From: Rebecca billardiae RCC1528
Taxonomy: Eukaryota > Protista > Haptophyta
Assembly (NCBI GenBank): GCA_965240325.2
Contig: OZ251231.1
Coordinates: 1,054,001-1,118,000 of the forward strand
Length of the DNA: 64,000 nucleotides
Reading direction: 5' to 3'
The notes beneath the pieces were generated by a model. It was given only the letters and a program-made list of their open reading frames with translations, was not told where the DNA came from and searched no databases. Shown piece after piece: positions 9,901 to 19,455 of this stretch (positions are counted from its first letter, which is position 1; each line of letters begins with the position of its first letter). The translations under genes and the position numbers were made by a program.

Positions 9901-10276
9901 GACGTGAATGCCCATCGATGAATATGATCCCATGAGGATACCCTCCACGCGCGCCATCGGCCCCAACTGGTAAGTCGATGCGTGCCATGGAGAAGATGTC
10001 GACGTGCGTCACCTGCCCAGGGTAGTGCGCCGTCGGCATTGCGTCCGCGAACGGCCGCCGCGTCATGCCCGCCGCCGACTGCTCGTCGAGCGACTCACGC
10101 CGCGCGTTCGCCCCCTCCATCCCCTCGGCCACGCGTCGCGTGCGCTCGAGTAGACGTTGGTCATTGGTGCCCGTTCGAACCGACCAAGTGCGCAACCACG
10201 CCGGATCAGCGCCTCGCGCCGCCTCCGTAGTGTTTGTGGTTCGCACCTGCGCGGGTTCCGGGCTTAGGCGTTTGGG
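6992..10276 (-). CDS. pol: Copia Pol (integrase - reverse transcriptase - RNase H), probably reached by -1 frameshift from gag-PR
   Basis: IN: VTHVDI / IHTDGG / SNGVAERAIRTL. RT: WVFDVK...RFKARSV, GDVKDAYL, GLRQSGRAW, FVDDLL. RH: FADSDWA, SSTEAEY, EDNKGAI, HKRSKHIEIKHHYVRD. Confidence 0.93.
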   Translation of the reverse strand, partial: PKRLSPEPAQVRTTNTTEAARGADPAWLRTWSVRTGTNDQRLLERTRRVAEGMEGANARRESLDEQSAAGMTRRPFADAMPTAHYPGQVTHVDIFSMARIDLPVGADGARGGYPHGIIFIDGHSRRWQVYALRSLDDAEVGRAFRWYAQLLGTGAMHMSHWVLASGCTMARRHIHTDGGSTLLSTYVEGELAKLGFSSTVTSAPDSPSSNGVAERAIRTLKSRLRATVVARGVSRVDWHYAAWHACASRNRLASRGIIRDDGDIEWLTPDELFFGKRPTWKHHVAFGARCRVLMLGARRNALGQLRQRALPGRVYLWGGHGVQWRGTWRYVLGYVCRLDDGRLVHSRDVRIDETDLVEGGHSSLGAPDGGAYVGDGDGAAVSGGLRPVGGDADCEDEDGDGGETPADAGNDDATEFDVGYDDDADASTSGRGRSSVDAGHRGCSSAGAEPSTPTPQGGRDGAGASMTQPGRQDQIPPTESRRGAAADAGGPPRGADGDDGVIEDAPPPGLDMGHDPLRRDRTSRRRPQLLTAVVSAASVFQKINVKVPTNYREAMRSAEAPQWQGAMLEHLEGHKLLGTSEEVVVPEGTRVLPSQWVFDVKSNPEGEVTRFKARSVLLGNLQRPGIDFQEVFAPTIRPEQVRLLVAIAAQQAGARVDLGAASVAALGILSKGDVKDAYLNSELKPDERPLFSFPPGYVPSTQAPPGYKVVGRSLKAYPGLRQSGRAWHRTHRTQLLARGFSECPSAPCIYVKESAPGEFIIAGGFVDDLLFLNLTRDARAVEKLAADLKEHYEIKLSERLDKFLGAVFEVHDDGILMHLGPYVESVLQRFGLNASTPARTPEPAARAQLSDDDEALLQRAEIENYQAMVGCLMFAMVTARPDIAHAVNMLTRRMSRPRAVDLVSAKRVLRYLRGCPRLGILFKFATDSEHPDLLAFADSDWASNPVETKGRSTGGYIVFYNGAPVSWHSGLQGTVSLSSTEAEYVALSDCCREVSYLRSILESMRQPPRGATEVREDNKGAIDLVENPVHHKRSKHIEIKHHYVRDAQEGGKVKVVKVHTSLNHSDIMTKATDGATFKRHVDAIMVDRHPTRAR

Positions 10277-12885
10277 GGCGGCGCAGCGCCAACGCGCCCC
10301 CGCCCCGCGCCCACGCGCCGCACTGGCGCCCTGCGCCGTGCGCGCGCCTCCGCCGGCGCATCGCCGACGTCCGGCCCCACCTGGCGCCGTACGATCTCGG
10401 CGCGCAGCGTGGAATCGCGCGGCAGCTGCACGACGCCGCCTCCCAGCGCCGTAAAGTCCGCAGTGTTGCCGCGCTGCGAGTAGTGGAACTCGATGCCTGC
10501 GTCTGCGCAGTGCTCGACCGACAGCAGCGGCGCCGTGACGCGCCGCGACGCCCACGCCTCGATCTCGAGCGTGAGGACCTTGTCGCTGTCGTCGTCCGCC
10601 GCAAGCTTGACCACCAGGGTCCCGCGGTGAGTGACCCGCTCCCGCGCACCGTTCCCCCACTCGATCTGACATGCGCCGTCCACCGGGGTAAGATTCGTCA
10701 AATCCTCGGCCATGGCGATGTTCTTCCGTGCGCCAGTGTCAAACACCAACGCCCGCGTGTTGTCCTCCGGCGGCGCCCCGCGTGCCTCGGCCGCCCGCGC
10801 CGCGACGATCTCGATGTCCTCGTCGCGCTGCGCCCTGCCGCCGATAGCCGCGCCAATAGGCGCCAAGCCGAGTCTGGCGCCGGCGCCGCCGCCGTCTCCG
10901 GCGTCAGCGTCACCGTCGCCACCAACGGCGCCGTCTGGCTCGTCCCCCTGCTCGGGAGCGAACGCGACCTGCGTGCGGACCGTGCCGCCGCCGTTGCCAT
11001 TACCGACCACGGCGCGGGTGCTGCCCCCGCCACCGCCGCCGCCACCGCCACCGCCGCTCCGATGTGAGCCACGGCTGCGATCCGACCGCGTCGACGCCGC
11101 GTCATCGCCAGCGTTCGAGTCGCGATCAGCCTGCGTCACCTGCGGGCAGTAACGCTTGATATGCCCCACGGCGCCGCACTTGTAGCAGCGCGGCCCGTGC
11201 GCGTCGTCGGAGTCGTCCTGGCCTCCGCGGCCGGCGCCGCGGCCAGTGCCGCCGCCGCCACCGCCACGACCTCCGCCGCCGCCACCACGGCCAGCCGGCG
11301 ACTTCGTGTCGCCGCCGCCGCCACCCGCCGACGCCGCCGCCGCCTGCGCCAGGCGGAGCCCGTCGATTGGGTGCGCGCGGGTAGCGCCGCCGCCTCCTGG
11401 CGTGCGGCCACCCGCCCCTGGGCGCCCAGGGCCGCCGCGGTCAACCCGCTTGCCCTTGGAGAAGTCCCAGTCCTCGAACTTGCCGTTGAGCTCGTGCACG
11501 AGCTCCTGCACGTCGAAGTTCGTCACGGTCCTGTAGTCCTTCGACTCGTACCGCGTCCGCATCTCGATGCCCGCGCCCACCGACGGAATGAACTCGATGA
11601 GCCGCGCAAGCATCTCCGCCGCTGGCGCTGCGTCACTCAGCTCCTGCAGCAGCACGTGGTTGTGCTGTAGCACCTGGAAGAGCTCGAGGGCGCCGACGCC
11701 GTCCTTGCCGCAGTCCGGCAGGACCGTCCGATGCCAGCGTGCCCGCACCGACATGTACTTCCGCATGTCGTCGGGCTTGCGCATGCGCAGGATCGTCTTC
11801 CACAGGTACAGAAACTCGCGCCCCGGCGTAAGTGCGCCCCGGCGCGCGCGCTCCTCCTGCACCTCCGGCTGCGTCTCCATGAGGCGGTTGATGTGCTGCC
11901 ACGCAGCCTCCGTCACCCACGACCGCAGCTCGGTGCGTAAGAAAGCCGTCCCTTTCTCGTACTGCGCCCCGGCGTACTTGGCGGGGTCCGCCTCGTCGCC
12001 GTCCGGCGCTGCCTCCAACACGCTCTGTCGGAGTTTGATGTCCAGCATGGCGTGCTCGCTCGCCTGCCGCTCATGCATCTGATCCTCGGTCTCGCGCTCG
12101 CGGCGGTAGAGCTCACGCGCGCGCGGATCGAGCGTCACGGCAGCGCCGCCCGCGGGCGCCGCGCCACCCATCCCGCCGGCGCCGCCCGTAGGCGCCGCGC
12201 CGACGCCGGCGCCGCCCGCAGGCGTCGTGCCGTCAGTCCCAGCCGGCGCACCTGCCGCGCCGCCTGTGCCCACACCCGGACCGGGTGTGCCGGCCGCCGG
12301 ACCCGGAGAAATTCCGGATCCGCCGCCCGCCGCCGGACCTGAACCCGGTCCGGTCGCCGTCGGGCCGCCCGGAGTGGCTAAACCACTCCCCGCGCCCGCC
12401 GAGGCAGCCTGCGCGTAGCTTGGCGCCTGCCTCGCCCCCGCCGCCGCCGCCGCCGCGCGTTCCGCCGCGGCCCGGCGCTCGGCGTGCTCGCGGCGCTCGT
12501 GCTCGTGGCGATGGTCGAGCAGCCGCTGCTGCAGCGCGTAGTTCTCACGCGCCAGGTCCATCCGCTCGGCACTGACCTTGATCATCTTCGCCGCGGATGG
12601 GTTGAATGTCTCCCACGTCGAGTTGTACTCCTCGAGCGTGTTGATGCGGTGCTCCGCGTTCGGGCCGTGCGTCACGATGATGCCGTTCAGTGCGGACATC
12701 GTAGCACCTTGCCCCGCCGGAAGCGCCGCCAGCTTGCTCGCCGATTGCGCGAGCCAACGCTGCTGATTACCTTTGTCGTTGAGGCTCCCAACGTCGACCG
12801 AGCCGTAGTACCGGCCGCTCGTGCTCATCGGCGCGATCGATGAGAAAGCGCCGCGCGTACGATCCCTCCCGATCGCTGCATGCAT
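10264..12885 (-). CDS. gag: Copia Gag-protease polyprotein (true start probably MSTSGRYY)
   Basis: Zinc knuckle CYKCGAVGHIKRYC; aspartic protease LVFDTGARKNI...IEWGNG...PLLSV; stop TAA at 10264-10266. Confidence 0.88.
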   Translation of the reverse strand: MHAAIGRDRTRGAFSSIAPMSTSGRYYGSVDVGSLNDKGNQQRWLAQSASKLAALPAGQGATMSALNGIIVTHGPNAEHRINTLEEYNSTWETFNPSAAKMIKVSAERMDLARENYALQQRLLDHRHEHERREHAERRAAAERAAAAAAGARQAPSYAQAASAGAGSGLATPGGPTATGPGSGPAAGGGSGISPGPAAGTPGPGVGTGGAAGAPAGTDGTTPAGGAGVGAAPTGGAGGMGGAAPAGGAAVTLDPRARELYRRERETEDQMHERQASEHAMLDIKLRQSVLEAAPDGDEADPAKYAGAQYEKGTAFLRTELRSWVTEAAWQHINRLMETQPEVQEERARRGALTPGREFLYLWKTILRMRKPDDMRKYMSVRARWHRTVLPDCGKDGVGALELFQVLQHNHVLLQELSDAAPAAEMLARLIEFIPSVGAGIEMRTRYESKDYRTVTNFDVQELVHELNGKFEDWDFSKGKRVDRGGPGRPGAGGRTPGGGGATRAHPIDGLRLAQAAAASAGGGGGDTKSPAGRGGGGGGRGGGGGGTGRGAGRGGQDDSDDAHGPRCYKCGAVGHIKRYCPQVTQADRDSNAGDDAASTRSDRSRGSHRSGGGGGGGGGGGSTRAVVGNGNGGGTVRTQVAFAPEQGDEPDGAVGGDGDADAGDGGGAGARLGLAPIGAAIGGRAQRDEDIEIVAARAAEARGAPPEDNTRALVFDTGARKNIAMAEDLTNLTPVDGACQIEWGNGARERVTHRGTLVVKLAADDDSDKVLTLEIEAWASRRVTAPLLSVEHCADAGIEFHYSQRGNTADFTALGGGVVQLPRDSTLRAEIVRRQVGPDVGDAPAEARARRRAPVRRVGAGRGRVGAAPPPNA

Positions 12886-13493
12886 ATTGGGTAAACGCGA
12901 GCTCCGAGCGTCTCGAGCCCTGCTAAGAGCTCACCGGCGCGTCCTCGGGCGCGTCGTCGATGTTGACCACGAGAGGCAACCTCCTTCCCTTCGCTCCTTT
13001 ACGAAGACAAGCTAACCTCCCGCCGACCTTTTGGTCGCGGGGTGACCACGTCGCGGCCGGCTCCGGGGAATGCGTTACCTTCCCGAAAACCGCCCGTCCC
13101 GACGTAACTCCCGGACGTCCTCGTCCGTCCACCCTCAGCCGGATTCCCACTTTTCCGAAAGTGGAAATCCGGATGGACTCCCACGATGGCGTCCGGGCCA
13201 TGCCCGTGCGACGTCACCGTGTCGCGCTGCGCCGGGCCGTACCGCCCGCGCACGCGCCGCGTCCGTGTCGCTCCGCGTCCGCGCTGCCGCGTCCGCGCTC
13301 CGCGTCCACGTCGATCCGCGCCAGCGCTGCTGCGCTCGCGCTCCTGCCGCCGCGCGCGCCGCGCGCGCGCGCCGCCAGCCAGCCACTGCTCCGTAGCTGA
13401 TGACGCCGGCCCGCCTGGTGCGGCGCCGGCCCTGACGTCCCAGCGGCGACGCCATCTGCTGAGATGCGCGCCCCAGGCCGCGTCAGCTCAACA
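12885..13493 (-). repeat. 5' LTR of copia element
   Basis: Direct repeat of 6347-6955. Confidence 0.95.
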
Positions 13494-13696
13494 GTATTCA
13501 TGCATGAGTTCATCTCCGTGGATCAAGATGATGACGATGATGATTGATGATGATGATGACGATGGCAAAAAGCAGGCGGTATATCGCGTAGGCGGGACGA
13601 CGATAACGATGACGATGCCAATGATGCGCGCCGCGTACAATAGCTTCATGTCGGGCTGCGAGCTCAGGGGAACCAAACAGTAAGGGAGAATCCTCA

Positions 13697-16597
13697 TCAC
13701 GCCTTTTGAGCACTGCGCTCGGCGGCAGGAGAGCCAACGGTGGCCGTTGCGGTGACCGGCACCTCCGGAACGGAGTTGGGGTTTTCCTGGTCGGGCTCGG
13801 GCGCCACGGAGATCTTGATGGCGTTGGCGCGCCGGGCGAAGTACACGGCGCAGGCAGCGAGAGCGCAGATGGCGACTGCGCCTCCGCCCACGATCAGGCC
13901 GACGGCGAGCGCGCCCAGCAGCGGCGCGGAGGGAGCCAGAGTGGCAGAGCTTGACGTGCTGCCGCCGCCGCCCCCGCCGCCTCCGCCGCCTCCTCCGCCG
14001 CCGCTGCTGCCGCTCGAACCACTGCCGTCCGAGTCGCCATCGCTCGCAGAGGGCGGGAGCATCACCCGGCTCACGGAGACCGCGACCACAGCCGTCCCCG
14101 TTGCGGACGCGACGGAGCTGCCAATCGCCTCGGCACGCGCCTGCACGAGCTCGGCGAGCGCGTCGACCGTCGGCGCCTGCGCGGCGCTCGCCTCGGTGTG
14201 CAGCACGTCGAAGATGATGGTCACGCTCGAGTCGATGACAGCGAGCAGCTCGACCTCGCTCGTCGTCACGTTGAGCGCGCTCGCGACGCCCTGCTTGAAG
14301 TTCTCGCGCTGCTGCTGCCCGGACTCGGAGCTCTCGTCCCAGTCGCTCGCGGAGCCCTCCAGCGTCGCCTCGGAGCGCACGCGCGCGATGCTGGTGTCGC
14401 CCGCCATCGGCGGGAGCGGCGGCGGACTCGGCGGGGGCGAGTACACCGCGTAGTCGACGGCGTACAGGTTCCACAGCGCGTGCGCGTTCGAGCTCTCGTT
14501 CCACGCGCTGCAGCAGCGGCAGCCCCACCCCTGCTGCGAGGGCGCAAACATGATCACGTCGCAGCCCGCGGCAAAGGCCAGGCTGCCGCACTCGCTCAGG
14601 TCGACCTCGCTGAAACCCAAGCTCTGGGTGACGCACTCGCGCTCGGCGGAGAGCAGGGTAGCGACTGGGCGTCCAGGCGGCAACGGCGGCTGGGGCGGCG
14701 GCGGCGTGGGCGGCGGACTCGGCGGGGGCGAGTACACCGCGTAGTCGACGGCGTACAGGTTCCACAGCGCGTGCGCGTTCGAGTTATCGTCCCACGCGCT
14801 GCAGCAGCGGCAGCCCCACCCCTGCTGCGAGGGCGCGAACATGATCACGTCGCAGCCCGCGGCAAAGGCCAGGCTGCCGCACTCGCTCAGGTCGACCTCG
14901 CCGAAACCCAAGCTTTGCGTGACGCACTCGCGCTCGGCGGAGAGCAGGGTGGCAACTGTGCGTCCAGGCGGCAACGGCGGCTGGGGCGGTGGCGGTGGGG
15001 GCGGCGCCGGTAGGGGTGGCGGCGTCGGGGGCGTCGGGGGCGTCGGGGGCAGCGGGGGCGAGTACACCCCATACTCGACGGTGTACAGGTCCCACGACGC
15101 GTGCGCGTTCGAGTTCTCGTCCCACTCGCTGCAGCAGCGGCACCCCCAGGCGGCCCAGTTCTCCGTCGAGTGCATGATCACGTCGCAGCCGAAGGCGCCG
15201 CGTAACTCATACGCCGCGCTCGCGCACTCGCTGAGGTCGATCAGGCCCAAGAACACGCTTTGGGAGACGCACTCGCGCTCGGCGGAGAGCAGGGTAGCAA
15301 CTGGGCGTCCAGGCGGCAGCGGCGGCTGGGGCGGCGGCGGTGGGGGCGACGGCGTTGGGGGTGGCGGCGGCCGGGGCGTCGGGGGCAGCGGGGGCGGCCG
15401 AGATGGCGGAGGCAGCATCGGTGGCGGCGATGGCGGCGATGGCGGTGGCGACGAAGATGGTGACGGCGGCGGGCTGTGCGTCGGCGGTGGCGAGTAGGTC
15501 GAGTAGGACAACCTGTACAGGTTAGAGCCCCACAGACGGCCCTGCGTCTCGGACCACTCGATACAGCAGCTGTAGTCATCCCCCAAAGAGAAGGTGTCGT
15601 AGGGATCCCAAGTGGAGGTGTACGCGACGACCTCGCAGTCGGCCGTTGCTGCCGCCAGCTGCGCAACCTCGTGCAGCTCGTGGAAGAAGCCGAGCCACTC
15701 GCCCCAGACGTCGCAATCCTGATACTGGACGAACAGCTCGAGGTCCCACCGCCCGGGCGGAGACGGAGGAGACGGAGGCGGGGACGGAGGAGACGGCGGC
15801 GGAGGCGGCGGAGGCGGTGACGGCGGTGGCGAGGGTGGCGGCGACGACGGCGGAGGCGGCGACGGTGGGGAAGGCGGCGACGCGGGCGGCGGCGGCGAGG
15901 GCGGCTCGAACTGGTAGTACTCCGGCTGGTACAAATTGTGGGCGTAGTCCCAGCCAGTCGAGGTCCAGGTAATGCAACACGCGCATGAATAAGAATAACC
16001 GTTCCACTGGAAGACCTCGCAGGATGCGCCAGCTGCCGCAGCAGCGCATCCCTCAAGGCCACCGAACGAGTAGAGGCTGGACTGGGTGGTGCATGACCGC
16101 TGCTCGAAGAGCAGGGTGGCGGTCCAGCGGCCAGGCGGCGGCGCGGGCGGCGATGGTGGCGGCGATGGCGAAGGCGGCGGGCTTGGCGACGGCGGTGGAG
16201 GGCTTGGGGGTGGAGGGCTCGGTGGTGGACTTGGCGGGGGCGGCGGCATGTAAGCAGCGAACGCGTTCGTGTAGAGGTCGTTCGACGAGTACGTCCCCTC
16301 GCCCTCCTCGGACACGCGCTCGCAGCAGAAGCAGTCTCCGCGCCAGTCGTCCCACTCGAAGACCTCGCAAGGCCACGTCCGCTCCCAGGACCGACGCGTC
16401 CATGCCGCGCACGATTCGAGGTCGGGTGCGCCGTACCACCGCCCCGTATGACCGAACTGGTTCGAGTTTGGCCCGTACTCCAGGCACCTCTCGTTGGCGC
16501 GGTAGAGCACGGGGCGCATGCGCCCTGGCGGCGGCGGTGAAGCGACGTGCCAATGACCGGGGGCGGACACCCCGAGGGCCACAGCGAGAGCGAACAT
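13697..16597 (-). CDS. Type-I membrane/surface glycoprotein: signal peptide, six Cys-rich ~65-aa modules separated by SPPP/extensin-like linkers, C-terminal TM helix
   Basis: N-terminal MFALAVALGVSA. Modules show C..., L..C, C-[DE]-V, C-x-C-C-like and [ND]LY patterns. Pro-rich linkers; hydrophobic LLGALAVGLIVGGGAVAICALAACAVYF followed by basic residues. Last two modules are a near-identical 291-bp duplication. Confidence 0.8.
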   Translation of the reverse strand: MFALAVALGVSAPGHWHVASPPPPGRMRPVLYRANERCLEYGPNSNQFGHTGRWYGAPDLESCAAWTRRSWERTWPCEVFEWDDWRGDCFCCERVSEEGEGTYSSNDLYTNAFAAYMPPPPPSPPPSPPPPSPPPPSPSPPPSPSPPPSPPAPPPGRWTATLLFEQRSCTTQSSLYSFGGLEGCAAAAAGASCEVFQWNGYSYSCACCITWTSTGWDYAHNLYQPEYYQFEPPSPPPPASPPSPPSPPPPSSPPPSPPPSPPPPPPPPSPPSPPPSPPSPPGRWDLELFVQYQDCDVWGEWLGFFHELHEVAQLAAATADCEVVAYTSTWDPYDTFSLGDDYSCCIEWSETQGRLWGSNLYRLSYSTYSPPPTHSPPPSPSSSPPPSPPSPPPMLPPPSRPPPLPPTPRPPPPPTPSPPPPPPQPPLPPGRPVATLLSAERECVSQSVFLGLIDLSECASAAYELRGAFGCDVIMHSTENWAAWGCRCCSEWDENSNAHASWDLYTVEYGVYSPPLPPTPPTPPTPPPLPAPPPPPPPQPPLPPGRTVATLLSAERECVTQSLGFGEVDLSECGSLAFAAGCDVIMFAPSQQGWGCRCCSAWDDNSNAHALWNLYAVDYAVYSPPPSPPPTPPPPQPPLPPGRPVATLLSAERECVTQSLGFSEVDLSECGSLAFAAGCDVIMFAPSQQGWGCRCCSAWNESSNAHALWNLYAVDYAVYSPPPSPPPLPPMAGDTSIARVRSEATLEGSASDWDESSESGQQQRENFKQGVASALNVTTSEVELLAVIDSSVTIIFDVLHTEASAAQAPTVDALAELVQARAEAIGSSVASATGTAVVAVSVSRVMLPPSASDGDSDGSGSSGSSGGGGGGGGGGGGGGSTSSSATLAPSAPLLGALAVGLIVGGGAVAICALAACAVYFARRANAIKISVAPEPDQENPNSVPEVPVTATATVGSPAAERSAQKA

Positions 16598-16703
16598 CGG
16601 TTACCGCGAGGAACACGACGGACAGCCCGTGCGGGCCCCGCGGACGGACGAGGAGGACTTTGTGAACGAGAGGTCGGTTACCGCGAGGAACACGACGGAC
16701 AGC
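16597..16703. repeat. 30-bp direct repeat (TCGGTTACCGCGAGGAACACGACGGACAGC x2) directly upstream of the surface-protein ATG
   Basis: Copies at 16597-16626 and 16674-16703. Confidence 0.85.
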
Positions 16704-17940
16704 ACGTGTCGACTCCGCGGACGGGCGACTTCGAAGGACGGGATGCGAGGAGATGCGCTCTGCTCCGAACTGTGAATCGCTAATCGATTCGTCAATGGTC
16801 TTCTATTGGAAATCGAGTCTGACTTATTAGCAAAAAATAACCAGAGGTAATGCGTTTCGGCGGTTTTTATCCCGACACGGCAGCGATTCGACATCAGACT
16901 GTACCGGCCTACCCGATCGGAGTACCCGATGACCCGATCGAGACTGTCCCGGGTATACGTATGATACAAAAACAGTTATACCGACTATTCTTTCTAGATT
17001 ATTCGCTAAAAGTCTGATACTACCCTTCTTAACCAAGTGTGCACGTTAAAACATAGTAAACTGTAATATTTATTACCGTATCAGGCTTGCAGCGAAGAAT
17101 CGCAGTCCGGACCAATAACGGATGCCACGGACGATGCACCCCGCGCAGCGCGCGGCAAATTGAGGATGTACGTATGATGAAAATGTGATGCTGCGGCGTC
17201 GGAGCCGGGGCTCGTGCACGTCTCAGCCCCCTTGCATGCGCGCGCCGCGTTCGGCGTGGCGCTCTCTACGCTTGACGGGACGTGGAGCGCTTTAGTTGGA
17301 GCGCGCCGCTCACCTCAGGCCGCGCCGCCCACCCACCGCGTGCAGCACTGCAGCTCACGGGCTGAGAGCCGCAGGGCCGCACCAGCTAGAAGCAGCGCTT
17401 CTAAGCCCGGTAACGCGACAGTCTAAGTGGGCGCGCACTGATTCGACGCGCTCTGACGATCACCCTGCTCGTGCGCGGGCTACGGGGAATGCAGCCGCAG
17501 CCAGCTGCCAAGGTGGTCGACAACGGTGCGGGCGGAGTCGGCGTCCTTGAGAGCCCACGATATCCCCGTGAACAGCTAGCTTACTGTAGAGCTGCCTGGA
17601 GCATAGCATGTCCCGGCAAGGGAGTACTAAGCTGTAACGGATGTCGGATCTGGCCAGTAGGGACGAGCACCAGGATCAGCGCTCCTCGAAGTAGTCATCT
17701 GATACTGTCACATAGCAACGGTCATGCCACTATACTGATTACTGTAGCACAGCCGCGTGCCGAAGTATTTGACACAGCATCCAGACACTCGGCCGTCTGA
17801 TCTTTGGTCTGATGAGACTGCGGCGTCCATAGCGTCAGGCGCCTCGCCCTCTATACCTGCTTGCGCCGACTAGCTAGCGCTACTGAACGTTCAGCACATA
17901 TAATCATCAGCAGCATGCATTCGCGCTGCAACGCTCGCGC

Positions 17941-18083
17941 GCACACGCACACACACACACGTACACACACACACACACATTGGTCGGAAGGCGCATACGC
18001 ATTCTATGTCACTTATGTGTCTGCTGCACTCAGCCTGACGCTTGCCCGTTGCATGCCACGTCGTTAAATATGTGTGTGTGTGC

Positions 18084-18118
<35 letters not shown>
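17941..18118. repeat. (CA)n and (GT)n microsatellites in opposite orientation
   Basis: Interrupted CA run ~17941-17979 and GT run ~18071-18118. Confidence 0.85.
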
Positions 18119-18119
<1 letters not shown>

Positions 18120-19127
18120 TGTGTTTGACTTTGTAGGCGTGGCATGCAACAGGCAGACGGCAGGGTCAATAATAAGCTGCAACGGATCTGGTCAGTGGGA
18201 CGAACCTCGACCAGCATCAGCACTCCTCGGCCCTCGCAGTCGTCGCCCCGCCTCGTAGGCCGCCCATTGTGATCACTCCATCGCCGAGCGGAAGTCCGAC
18301 GACGGACGAACCGTCGTCTGGCGTCGACGTGTGCGCGCCACCGCGGTGATCGCGATGTCACAACGACGATGTCACGCATCGCGTCAGCTGTGACAGCTGT
18401 CATCTCGAAGTCGTCACGAGTCGCACGTGTGCAGCGTGGCCGCCCCCGCGGCGGCGCGTATTCAACATTGTAGTGCAATTTCTTGTCGCGGTGGCACCAC
18501 AGAAATCATAATCGTGGATGCCCGGGGCCGCCCCCGGGTGGGCGGGGCCCCGGGCGCGGGCTGACTGCAATGCCGCGCAGCCGTGGCGCGCCACAGCCGC
18601 ACAGCGGTCTAGCGCGCCGGCCGCGGCCTCGGGCCGCGGCCTCGGACGACCGCGGCCCGGGGCCAGGCCGGCCGCGGGCCCGGGTGGCAGCGCGGGCCGG
18701 TGCCCCGGCCGGCGCCGCCAGCTGCGGAGCCGCCGGCTCCCGCGCCGGGCCAGTCCGACGGGACTCGGGGCCGCTGTCGCTGATGTCTGATTCATAGAAA
18801 TATGAATGTGTTATGTGTCAGCCTGAATTCACAGATCGCGAGACAAGTCACAAGACTGCCCATCAACGGTCAAGAGCTGTAGCACTGGGTCCATAGCACT
18901 CGCTAGCTATACAGCGCCGGAAGCGAGGCCGCATCTCAGCTATCATTGCGCAATGCTGACACTAGGGTCTTGGAAGAGTCTCGCGGCGACGCGAGACTCG
19001 AGTCTCGCGGCGGCGACGTCGACGACCCCGGCGCTTGCTGGGGGTGAACAGCCCCAGAGGTTGTACGAGCGCCTGCACAGGCGCCCGAAGGAATCGTCGA
19101 GTGCAAGGAAGCCAGCGCAAGCCGCAC

Positions 19128-19400
19128 CTGCGCACAGCCGAGGCTACTCCCTCCTCTTCTTTGGCGTTTCCTGCCTGCCTGTGGAGCATCGTCGACCGGC
19201 GCGTCCTCCTCCTCGTCGATCAGCGCGGCGAGAGCGTCGAGGCCGTCGTGCGGTACACGCGGCGCGGAGGTGAGGAAAAGCGCCGGCGTCGTCGATAGAT
19301 CGTCGTCGTCGACGGCATCTTCGTCCGCCCGGGCGCGCTTGTGAGCAGCTCTTCTATCCCTCTCTCTTCTATCCCTCTGTCCGCCGGGAGCCGACGCCAT
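19128..19400 (-). CDS. Possible first exon of an uncharacterised spliced gene divergent from the nocturnin-like gene
   Basis: MASAPGGQRDRRERDRRAAHKRARADEDAVDDDD...RKRQRR, ending at donor CAG|GTGCGG; downstream exons not resolved. Confidence 0.35.
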
Positions 19401-19455
19401 CGTGCGGCGCACAGCATTTGCCAATGGTCGATCGAACAGCGACGGGCCCCGCGCC

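Larger units (their letters stand above)
6347..13493 (-). mobile_element. Full-length Ty1/copia LTR retrotransposon, recent insertion
   Basis: 609-bp LTRs at 6347-6955 and 12885-13493 appear identical. 5-bp TSD GTATT (6342-6346, 13494-13498). Polypurine tract GAGGGGGGG directly before the 3' LTR on the minus strand. Domain order gag-PR-IN-RT-RH. Confidence 0.97.
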
